This document shows positions 1 through 10,719 of a DNA stretch of 64,000 nucleotides, one piece after another. The DNA is taken from positions 56,332,254 through 56,396,253 of the forward strand of contig NC_068986.1 in assembly GCF_001194135.2 (NCBI RefSeq), given 5' to 3'. Made by a program: the position numbers and the translations under genes. The notes under the pieces are model-generated. The model was not told where the DNA came from, did not search any database, and worked only from the letters and a program-made list of their open reading frames with translations. Source of the DNA: Octopus bimaculoides. Taxonomy: Eukaryota. Each line of letters opens with the position of its first letter. Positions within the stretch are counted from its first letter, which is position 1.

Positions 1-477
1 AGTGTTATGCAAAAAGATCAATGTAAGTCAAACAAAAAATTTTCTTTCTTAATATTTCTCAATTGCATCCCACTCTGTCTTTCTCCTACTTGAAGTTTTT
101 AAAATTTATTTACTTTACTAATTCTGCTACACATGGATGCTTTGAAAGGTCCTAAGTGTGAAATGGTAGCAACATATGACAAACGAATGCCTTTATGGAG
201 ACCTGACGAAAGTTGGCAAGATCAGGCAAAGATGGCTGTGATTGTCTGGTCACTGTGTGTGTGCCATCTTGAACTTAAGCATCTAAATTAGTCTAGTGGA
301 ACTCACTCCATTGTGATGTAAGAAGAGGAAAATGCCATCACACTTACAACTTGACCACAGACACTGGCCTGGAATGTATCCAGGACATCAAGACTGTGAT
401 GTTGGTCTGAGAAGTGGGGCAGGTGGTCTTTGTTGCTGTGGCTCAGGCTGGAACCTGGCCATAATAATAATATAATA

Positions 478-700
478 ATATTGATTTCAAATTTTGGCAC
501 AATACCGGCAAGATTGTGAGATGGGGTAAGTATTTACATTGAGTATTGGTACTCAACTGGTACTTATTTTATTGACACTGAAAGGATGAAAGGCAAAGTT
601 GACCTCAGAGTTTAAACTCAGAACATAAAGACCGATAAAACGTCGCTAAGCATTTTGCCCTGTGTGCTAATGATTCTACCAGCTCTCCACCTTATATATA
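478..700 (-). mobile_element. tRNA-derived SINE, family C (AAGGCRGCGAGCTGGCAGAA...AAGTACCAGT type)
   Basis: Reverse complement of the element seen on + at 45724-45950. Further copies near 27105-27335 (-), 54060-54200 (+) and 57700-57870 (-). Confidence 0.75.
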
Positions 701-702
701 AC

Positions 703-736
<34 letters not shown>

Positions 737-927
737 GAATTATGTACCTCATGTACTTAATTTAGTCTCGAAACTGCTCTAATTTACTTACTTTGCTAAT
801 TCCCTTCCAGAAAGCATGTACATTATACAATCTTATTTTCTCCTTTGTTCTGTTTGAAGCATCTTCCTTCTATATTCATTACTTTTCTCTCAATTAGTTG
901 ATAATGCATTACTTTCTTCCACTTTAG

Positions 928-1146
<219 letters not shown>

Positions 1147-3689
1147 TAACCTGTGTAATTTTCTAGCTATCATCCCTACGTATACAATCTTGCAGCTAAA
1201 TACCAGTAGCCATGACTGCCTATTTGACCAGGTACATATAAATATAGCAATTTTAAATCATACTTGCTAAAATTTTCTAAAATTTGTTTCACATTTGATG
1301 GAGACTACGCGTTGGCATTAGTTGTCTCAGATATTACAAAGGGAGATAACTGCTTTGATACCAAAAGTTGGTTGACGTTACCTCTTGTATGATATTGAAT
1401 AAAATGTCTTATTTTAAAGTTTTCGTATTCAAATTAAAACTTTCCATCATAATTTTACAATTGAAACTTTTATAAACAAAAACACCCCAGCTATGCTAAT
1501 TTTCTGTGAAAAGTCATTTGTCTAAATTGTATGATAATTCTTTGTTATTGTTCAAAATTGATTAAAACACTTGGAGAGCATATTTTATTAGAAATATGGT
1601 CACAGAAGAGTCAATATGATATGAAATTTACAATTTTCATTTAACGACGATGAAAATGTTGCTCAATGATTGTGATATTTCACAATCATTGGGAAATTAG
1701 CAATTAGCAACATCAGTTTAAGACACCAAATAAATTTTGGCACCAAAGACACCAAATAAATTTTGGCACAAGGTTAGCATTTTTATGAGAGTAAGTTAGT
1801 TGCCGGAAGAAAGACAGTTCCCATGATCCCTTTAGAGCTTCAGTGACTAAGTTCTGGACTGGATGCTATTAACAAAATGGACTGTGCTAAGTGTTCAAGG
1901 ACCATGTGTTGGTGTTAAATCAGGTGACCCAAGAAAATGAGAGATGCTTGCAACAAATAGGCTTCCCAAGTAGCTACACATTTAAGCATGATGTTGGCTA
2001 ATTTGTTGATTGCATGAAACCAGTGTTTTCAGTGTTGCAAGGGACCTGATAAAATATATGTAGCTGGGGCTTGGCAGTGTGGTTAAGAATTTTGCTTTGT
2101 AACCACATGTTTTGGGTTCAGTCCTACTGTGTGGTTCTTTGGACGAAGCTATTCTACTCCCTGGTACTACCTAAGTCTTGTGAGTGGATTTTGTAGATAG
2201 AAACTGAAAAGAAGCCTATTATATATATAAATGTGTGTGTTTGTGTTGACATTGTGATTATTATAAATAAATGCCATTCATTTCCAATATTTTATGAAAA
2301 CTTGTCTGCCCTGAGAAAAACATTGCCTTGTTTTAAAATGGGGGNNNNNNNNNNNNNNNNNNNNNNNNNNNNNNNNNNNNNNNNNNNNNNNNNNNNTGGC
2401 TAATTTGTTGATTGCATGAAACCAGTGTTTTCAGTGTTGCAAGGGACCTGATAAAATATATGTAGCTGGGGCTTGGCAGTGTGGTTAAGAATTTTGCTTT
2501 GTAACCACATGTTTTGGGTTCAGTCCTACTGTGTGGTTCTTTGGACGAAGCTATTCTACTCCCTGGTACTACCTAAGTCTTGTGAGTGGATTTTGTAGAT
2601 AGAAACTGAAAAGAAGCCTATTATATATATAAATGTGTGTGTTTGTGTTGACATTGTGATTATTATAAATAAATGCCATTCATTTCCAATATTTTATGAA
2701 AACTTGTCTGCCCTGAGAAAAACATTGCCTTGTTTTAAAATGGGGGTGTTTGTTAACAACAGGAAGGGCATACAACAGTAGGAAATCTCCCTCAACAAAT
2801 TCCATCTGATCCATGCAAGCATAGAAAAACGAATGTTAAAGTGATGTGTGTGTATGGAATATTGTAAAATTAATCCAGTGTATAAATCAGAGTTTGTTTA
2901 GATGGTAACTATAATTAAGAGTGAATGGTGAAAAAGCTGTAAAAGGAGACATTTAAAAAAAAAGATTTCATTTAGTGTATAGAAAAAATTATATCCAATG
3001 TTTACTTCTTGAAGAGAAGGTTAACAGTTATTGTATTTGACTGTCAGTACTGCCCATAGTTAACGTAGAACCATTAACAAGTTATCTATAAAGGGCAGTT
3101 GTTGATGTGTGGTATTGTATGTACTCCATTCTTCACTGATCTCAAATTCAAAATAGAGGTTTTAATTAATTTAAAATAAGGATACGTGCATTTAAAATAT
3201 ATTTAGATTTACTATTTGTTTACTCAAGTGCGTAGTCAGAGAACGGTCAAAGGGAGATAACTTCACAAAGTCATAGCTGTTCCGTAATTTATCAAGGGAG
3301 ATAATTTGTGTTTATAGCCATCCTGTTTTACCTGTTTTAAAATGGATCTGGCAGATATGTGAAAAAAAAAAAAAAAAAAAAAAACCAAAGCCGAGAGCAA
3401 AGAACAGGTCCTCAACAAGTGGTTAAATAAAATATTTCCTCTATGGTTGGAATGATTATAGCTGCATCCGGTTGCTGGTGGTGGTGGTGGCCGTATAAAT
3501 AACGAGGAAAAGACATTTTACAGTGGATAAATAGTAGTGTTGCTGTCTTGGGTCTGTTGGAATACAAGATACTGTCAGAAGGTGCAGCAATCGTTGTGAT
3601 CGCCATCTGAGTGCTGCTGAAGGAAGTGTTACCTTTGGAAGCCTTGTGTAAAATATATGTTGTGTGTATATGTATATCTTCATTTAGCT

Positions 3690-4080
3690 TTTATTTGTTT
3701 CTCTCATAAGAGTGTGGCCATGCTGGGGCACTGCTTTGAATTTTAATCAAACAAATCAGTGCCAGTGCTTATTTTTTTTAAAGCCTGTTACTTACTCTAT
3801 TGGTCTCTTTGGCGGAACTGCTATATTATGAGGATGTAAACACACCAACACTGGTTGTCAAGTGGTAGCAGGGGACAATTACTGACACAAAGACACATAC
3901 ACACATGTATATACATGCACACGATGGGGTTCTTTGAGTTTCCCTCTACTAAATCCACCCACAAGACTTTGGTTGGCCCGAGGCTATAGTAAAAGACACT
4001 TGTCCAAGATGCTGCACAGTAGGACTGAAACTGGAACCATGAGGTTGAGAAGCAAACTTCTTACCAGACGGCTACACCTG
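3690..4080 (-). mobile_element. tRNA-derived SINE, family B (about 380 bp)
   Basis: Reverse complement of the full copy at 37451-37835, which has a tRNA-like head, CCTTGGGCAAGTGTCTT and a central TA/TG microsatellite. Confidence 0.8.
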
Positions 4081-5144
4081 TGCCTACAAAATACCTACGT
4101 CCCTGGGTGTTTACATAGCTACAAATGGTGAGAAGTTTGAAACAATACTCAATGCCAAATAAACATGAATTGTTTCTGATTATGAGAGTTGTAACCTCAC
4201 AAAACTTTATATCCAGTCTGATGATTGGGGTGTAATATTCAAATAGTTAGATGTGAGTTGTCAGTTGTTGTAACCATAGTGTAGGCATAACCAAATAGTA
4301 AGGCGTTCATAACCTGGAAGTGTAGGCATAGTCAAATAGTAAAGGGGTTCATAACCTGAAAGTCCTGAGTTCAGCCCCAAGTGACCTCAGCTGTATCTTT
4401 GATTCAGTCAGATTTTGCGACTGAAATTGAGTTGACAACACCTGTTGGATGGGCTGTATGTGTAATTCAAAGAGCCAGCCTCTTGTCACATATATTCTGC
4501 ATATCATGTTAATGGTGTTTATCTCCATAGACTGCTCAGCCGTTACACAATTATTCAACGAGAAGATAATAACAAAAGCAAAGTTTGAAGGAAATATTGG
4601 CCATTTTTCATACTGTCTAAGAGTAAGCAAACAGGAAATAACAGTTGCTACCCTCGGACAAAAATCGTGTTATACAGTGTAATCTATTAGTAGATTGTGC
4701 CTGGTTGTTTAATTATCAGCATGTCATAATCCTGATGAATCAGAGCTGACCTGCAGCTACATAATAATCCTCCTATCACTAGTATTGATCAAGTTTTGTG
4801 ATGATTGTTGTGCAATGGTTTAGTCCACATTAGGCAGGCATGCCTCTTTGTCATGGGAAAATTTCTATTTTACTTTATAAATTGTCAGTTAATATAGAGA
4901 TTGTTTACTTACTATTCTCATCTCCTTTGGTTGTTACCTCACTGAAATTAACAGAGAATGAGGCTTTTGAGTAATAACAATAATAATGGTTTTGAACATT
5001 GGCAAAAGTGTACAGATATTTTGTAGAGGACGATCTAGTTGATTAAATTAACCCAAGTATTTTACTTGTACTTTGCTAACCACAAAAGTTTGAGAGACAA
5101 AGTTGACCTGGATTGGGTTTGAACTTCAAATACCTTTTGTCTTT

Positions 5145-5525
5145 TATTTGTTTCTGTCATTTGATGGCAGCCATGCTGGGACACTGTCTTGAAGGGTTCT
5201 TTAGTTAAACAAATCAAACCCAGAACTTATCTTTTTAAGCCTAGTGTTTATTCTACTGGTCTCTTTTGCCAAACTGCTACATTATGGGGACATAAACACA
5301 CCAATACTGTGGTGGTGAAGGGGCACACACACATACACACCCACACACACACATACACATAGAGGATGGACTTCTTTCAGATTTTCATCTACCAAATTCA
5401 CTCACAAGGCTTTGGTTGGTCTGAGGTTGTAGTATAAGATATTTACCCAAGGTGCCATGCAGTGGGGTTGAACCTGGAACGATGTGGTTGGGAAAGAAGC
5501 TTCTTACTACACAATCACTCTTACA
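5145..5525 (-). mobile_element. tRNA-derived SINE, family B
   Basis: Same element as 3690-4080. Other minus copies near 16380-16565, 19478-19862, 19925-20445, 28405-29430 (interrupted), 29790-29968, 36905-37100, 44975-45140 and 60240-60490. Confidence 0.8.
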
Positions 5526-5778
5526 CCTATAAGCAAATATCACAAGGTTGCTGTGGGGGAAATATTACCTTACTTGTGTTGGCAGCAGGAAGGGCATCAA
5601 CTGATGTTGATGGTAGTGGTAAGATAAGCAATTTGATGAGAGGAATTAGCTGACATTATTGTTCACAGAAGGGTTGAATGTAAAGTCAACCATGGTGGTG
5701 TTACTCAGAATGTTAAGTGCTGTAATAAATACCACTGACAAAGTTAATTTCTTGAAGGCAATATAGGCACTTTTATAA

Positions 5779-6270
5779 TAGAAAATCTGTAGAGATGACC
5801 TTTACGTGTGATTTAAGTGCACTGCTAACACAGTAGTACATGGTATTGACTTTTGAATGTTTAATATACTTTGTCGCATACAAGTCATTAATATTTATGT
5901 ACCAGCTTCCAGGAATGTTTTTAATCTATAAACTGCTATATGTAATGGCTATTTAAGCAATGAGTTTGTGGACGATGAATGGGTTAGATGGATGCTGATG
6001 AAGGAAAAAAACTCCCGAAATATGGCATATACATCCATTAACCATTTATTCATCTTCGATCTTATTTATATCTGACGTCTCAGATGCAAAACGTAATAAA
6101 ATCAGTACTGGCATTAATTTCTCTAGAAAATCTGTGGAGACGACCTTAACACATGATTTAAGTGCACTGCTAACACAGTAGTACACGGTATTCACTTATA
6201 AAAGCTTTCAATATATGTTGTAGTATATGGTTGCAAAATGAAATACCGTCTGCCTACAAGTCTTTAATAC
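5779..6270 (+). repeat. Partial tandem repeat, period 345 nt, enclosing the hammerhead
   Basis: 5779-5852 and 6124-6197 align at 66/74 identity by hand, including 32 identical nt. Weaker similarity continues to about 5893/6269 across an indel. Confidence 0.9.
5974..6054 (+). ncRNA. Type I hammerhead ribozyme motif (retrozyme / Penelope-like)
   Basis: CTGATGA at 5995-6001; short stem II (GGA/TCC); GAAA at 6017-6020; stem III ATAT/ATAT around GGC; ATA cleavage triplet at 6029-6031. Stem I: ATGGATG/CATCCAT, then GGTTA/TAACC and GATGAAT/ATTCATC. Confidence 0.8.
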
Positions 6271-6309
6271 GTTCAAATCATCTTAAAAAGAATAAAAGAA
6301 CTATTGGAT

Positions 6310-6562
6310 TATCATCATTATCATCATCGTTTAACATCTGCCTTCCATGCTAGCATGGGTTGGACGATTTGACTGAGGACTGGTGAACCAGATGGCTACG
6401 CCAGGCTCCAATCTGATTTGGCAGAGTTTCTACAGCTGGATGCCCTTTCTAACGCCAACCACTCCTAGAGTGTAGTGGGTGCTTTTACGTGCCACCGGCA
6501 CGAAGGCCAGTCAGGTGGTACTAGCAACAGCCACGCTCGAAATGGTGTACTTTACGTGCCAG
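6310..6562 (-). mobile_element. RTE LINE 3' tail / RTE-mobilised SINE (family A) with (GAT)n end
   Basis: Same sequence as the 3' UTR attached to RTE ORF ends at 25480-26275 and 48195-48890; (CAT)n tail on the left. Confidence 0.8.
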
Positions 6563-7764
6563 TGATCGTTAAATGCCTAATGTATGAAAATAAAACGGAT
6601 GGTCATGAGTGGAATGTGTTTATATCGGTTTGTTGTGATCAGAGTTGATCTGAGTTAAACAACAACAGTATTGATTAAGGGAGTTAGCTAACTGAATTGA
6701 TTTCAATACAGGACTTAATTTATTCAATGGATAAATGGCCAAGCAGGATTTGAACTGAGAACGCAGAGCAGCAAAAGTAAACTGTTTAGTCAATGCTAAT
6801 ATTTTTAATGCTCTGAACATCAAATATCTAACTGATAATATGTGGTGAGGAAAAGATAACATTAGCTCAATTAGAGAGGTTATTTAAAAAAAATATGCCA
6901 AATACGGGGGACAACTCTAGATATGTTTTTATTTTTTACTCCTATTGGTCATTCTCAGCAAAAGATGATATCGATGTGATTGTCAAAATAGCCATGAAAG
7001 AATCACTGAGAGAGAGAGAGAGAAAGAGAAAGAAAGAAAAAAGGAAACCCAGCATATTTAAAATAACAAACCATTGAAGTTGATTACTTAGAGACGCTAC
7101 CGGCATGAAAAACTATAGTGTTACCTTATGTAAGAGGATAGCAATTTGAGAGAGATTTTGCTGCTAGTTTTTATTAACTCGGATTTAAATGGTGTCAATA
7201 TAGTGGTGAGATCGCTCCAAAACTATTCAGTAATTTGTTTTCTCAATTCGGTAGGAAGTAATTCATTTATTGCAAAAATAAAATTTCAAACCAACAACCT
7301 TAATATTAATAGCGCTTTTGTGAAGTTAATAAGTTGTCTCCCTTAGCATAACCATGGGAGATAACTGCTTATAGAATTAAAAGAAAAATTATGTAGCATT
7401 TTCTCAACCACTTTGTTAAAGCTAACGTATGAATTAAGGTAATCCAGCGGAGATCACACCATCCCCTTCCTACGTCGTAGACTGGATTATACTTTCGAAT
7501 GTGATCTTGTTTCAAAGTTAGAATATTTGGAGGAACCTTTACCAATTTTTTCTGGATAGTTGAGACATCTTGGTGGTTTAGTCATTAACTTGACATAAAA
7601 GTTGTGATGTGATGTGTTGGTGTATCATTAAGAGAGGGAAATATCTTGCGTTTCGAGCAGACCTATTCATCTCGTATCTTTTTTAATGAATAATCCAATG
7701 CTATAGAATTTTTAGTCGTAAAATTCATGTTTTGTGGAAATCATATGAATTTTACAACTTACTT

Positions 7765-9530
7765 TAGAGCATTTTTGGCCCATGCAGATAGGTGATTGCT
7801 CTGGTGAAATCTTTCAATGGTCCTTATTGAAAGAGAAAAGTGTGATCCTTCACTGGTGGGCGAACATTTTTGAGAACTTCTGAATTGTGTCCGCTCTACG
7901 GACCCCATGGCACTTGAAGAGATTCCAGATCTTCCTGTCCTGACAGAACTTGACAGCCACCAACACTTGATGAGGTCTAACAGGCCATCTACGACCCCCA
8001 AAACAAGGAGTCTCCTGGCATCGATAAGATTGCCATAAAAGTATGGAGGGCCTCACATAACATTCCATCTTCACTCTTTGTTTCCTATCTGTTCGCAAGG
8101 TCAGACTATGCCAGACAGATGGAAGCACTCCAATATTATCACAGTCTAGATGTGCAAGGGAGACCACGTAGAGTGTGATAACAGCAGGGGAATCTCTCCT
8201 GGATGATGCTGGCAATATCTTCTTACAGATTCTCCAATGTCTTCTATTTATGTTGTCAATGTGGTAAACGTCTGAGCCCCAATGTGGGTTTCAACCAGAA
8301 AAAAGCACTTCTGACATGATGTTTTCGGTCCATCTTCTTCTTGAAAAACGTTATGAACAACAGAAAGACATGTTACACCTGCTTCAGAAGTTTGGCTGTC
8401 CAACACTTCTCTCAATCATCCAGAAGTTCCATGATGGTTTTCAAGCAAGAGTGACTCTTGCCAATGATGCCTTAGAGCCCTTTGATGTCCTAGTGGTGAT
8501 AAAACAAGAAAGTGTTCTTGTCAGGGGATAGTTCACCAAAGAATATGGAATTCATATCGGATACCACTATGATTGCAGCATCTTTAACACTCACTGCCTG
8601 AAAGCTACATCAAAAATCCTCTCAACTGTGGTGTACAAGATTCAGTATGCTGATAGTTTAGCTGCACCATCTCATACCTCCACCTCTCTTCAACACATAA
8701 TGAGCTCAATGGACAGTGTCTATTCTTGGCTTAGTCTTCAAGCAAATCATTGAAAAACTGAAGTTCTGTAATCAGCTTTCCCATACTCATCTCCCCTTCA
8801 GTCCATTATTATTGATGATACTTCTGTACTGCATACTGGCTCATTCTGCTATCTTGGATGTCCAATGTCTAACATTGAACACCTTGATGAGGAGATACCC
8901 TGTCTGATCAACTTGGCCTCTGCATCTTTTAGAAGACTCAGTGAATGAGTCTTTCAGAACAAAACCTTAGAGCAAGCACAAAAATTTCCATCTATTGAAC
9001 TGGCTATGTATCCACCCTCCTGATGGGGTCTAAATGCTGGACCCTTTTATTGGTGCCAAATCAAACAACTGGAAGCTTTCCATATTAGATCACTCCAAAG
9101 TATCCTTGGTTTTACATGGAATGACAAGGTGTCTCATTCCAAAATCCTCCTGAGGGCTAGGATCTACAGCATTGAGGTCTGCATCCTTTGTCGTTTTCTT
9201 TTGCTGGGTTGGCCATGTGATTCTGATGCTGGATAATTGGTTTCCAAAGATGATTCTGTTCAGTGAGATTAAGACTAGAAGAAGGCCTCATGAATGTCCA
9301 AAACTTCGTTTTCACGATCATCTCAAGTGTTCTCTCATATTATGCAGTGTCCCTGGCTTTTAAAGTGGAAGGCATGGAGGTCCATGTATGATGCTGGAGA
9401 AGATTGCTTTGAAACCGAACTCTGGAGACTGCACGAAGAGAGGAGGGGGACATCATCATCAACCCTCTACAGTTGTTGTTTGGTGAAACAAACAAGTGCC
9501 CTCAGTGCCACATGATTTACCTATCTCATG
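7765..9530 (+). mobile_element. Decayed RTE-clade (BovB-like) LINE reverse transcriptase fragment
   Basis: Frameshifted peptides: ALEEIPDLPVLTELD, DNSRGIS, QCGFQPEKSTSDMMFS, LQKFGCP..LSIIQKFHDG, YADS, WVGHVILM...PKMILFSE...RRPHECPKLRFHDHLK. Many stops. Confidence 0.85.
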
Positions 9531-9942
9531 TCTTATCAACCACATCTGTTCCCATGAGAAACGATGTGCTGAAGATGGAGGAGAATGAATATCTTAGATC
9601 AATGTTCTTATCACCTTTGACAGACTGTCATAAGTGTAATAAGCACTAGCCCTAATAGAGTGGACATATAACAAAAATATTTCAATGTTGACCATTCCAT
9701 ATTTTTAGTGAGTATATAGTAGTAGATTATCTAGTGTGTTATTTCCTTATTTAAAATAGTCAGGTATGATTTGTGAGATTCTGAGCTGAATGAAGATTAT
9801 AGTCATTCAATCTGCTAGAAATAGCAACCACAGCCTTCTGTCATAAGTAATTAAAGGAATCTTTTTATAATGAACAGCTGTTTAATCTTAGAAGTACTTT
9901 ATAGCCATAGTTGGAATTTCTGCCTGCGGCATGTGTAAGGAC

Positions 9943-10250
9943 TTTCGAGCAAGATCGTTGCCAGTGCCCCTGGACTGGCTCTTGTGCGGGTGGCACATAA
10001 AATACACCATTTTGAGCGTGGCCGTTGCCAGTACCGCCTGACTGGCCTTCATGCCGGTGGCACATAAAAGCACCCACTGCACTCTCTGAGTGGTTGGCGT
10101 TAGGAAGGGCATCCAGCTGTAGAAACTCTGCCAAATCAGATTGGAGCCTGGTGTAGCCATCTGGTTTCACCAGTCCTCAGTCAAATCATCCAACCCATGC
10201 TAGCATGGAAAGTGGACGTTAAACGACGATGATGATGATGATGATGATGA
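9943..10250 (+). mobile_element. RTE 3' tail, family A, young copy
   Basis: AAGGGCATCCAGCTGTAGAAA...GGACGTTAAACGA(T)GATGAT; CpGs retained. Confidence 0.85.
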
Positions 10251-10719
10251 TCTTTGACAGAAACACACTAGAGCACTCAGCTATACCATATTTCCCCTTG
10301 TATAATTCACACTTGTGTAGAAATCCCACTTTATATAGTGGCCACTTGTGATGAGGATGAAGTTTCTTGTAAAGGATTTCTTAACCTTACACGTGTCATA
10401 CTCCTGACTTTTGTAATTGAAGTTGTCTTCAAAAAGTATGGCTTATACACAAGTAATTGTGGTATTTATGACATGTAATTACAAAAAATAGGAGTTTAAT
10501 TAGTGGGCCGTATGGTTTGTGTTCAAATTTTGTCACTTAAAGCTAAAAACTTGTGTGGAGTTAGTTGTGAATTTCATTTTACACCTAAGTGATTCCACAT
10601 TTGACCCCCCCTACTTGACACCTTGGTAGCTGTCTTTCACCTTAGTTTCAAGTTGATCAGTACTTAATTAGTAGAATTTTGTAGACAGAAAGTAAACAGA
10701 AACGCATTTGTATGTGTTA

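Noticed and set aside
1720-1770. 25-bp tandem duplication (AAGACACCAAATAAATTTTGGCAC)
   Set aside because: Simple local slippage duplication in a decayed SINE end; no further pattern.
1995-2746. Apparent exact 350-bp direct repeat (1995-2344 and 2397-2746)
   Set aside because: Identical copies flank a 52-N gap; typical unmerged contig overlap, not biology.
3412-3683. Overlapping short minus ORFs near a poly-A run
   Set aside because: No splice-consistent exon or homology; the His/Thr runs come from a (GGT)n repeat.
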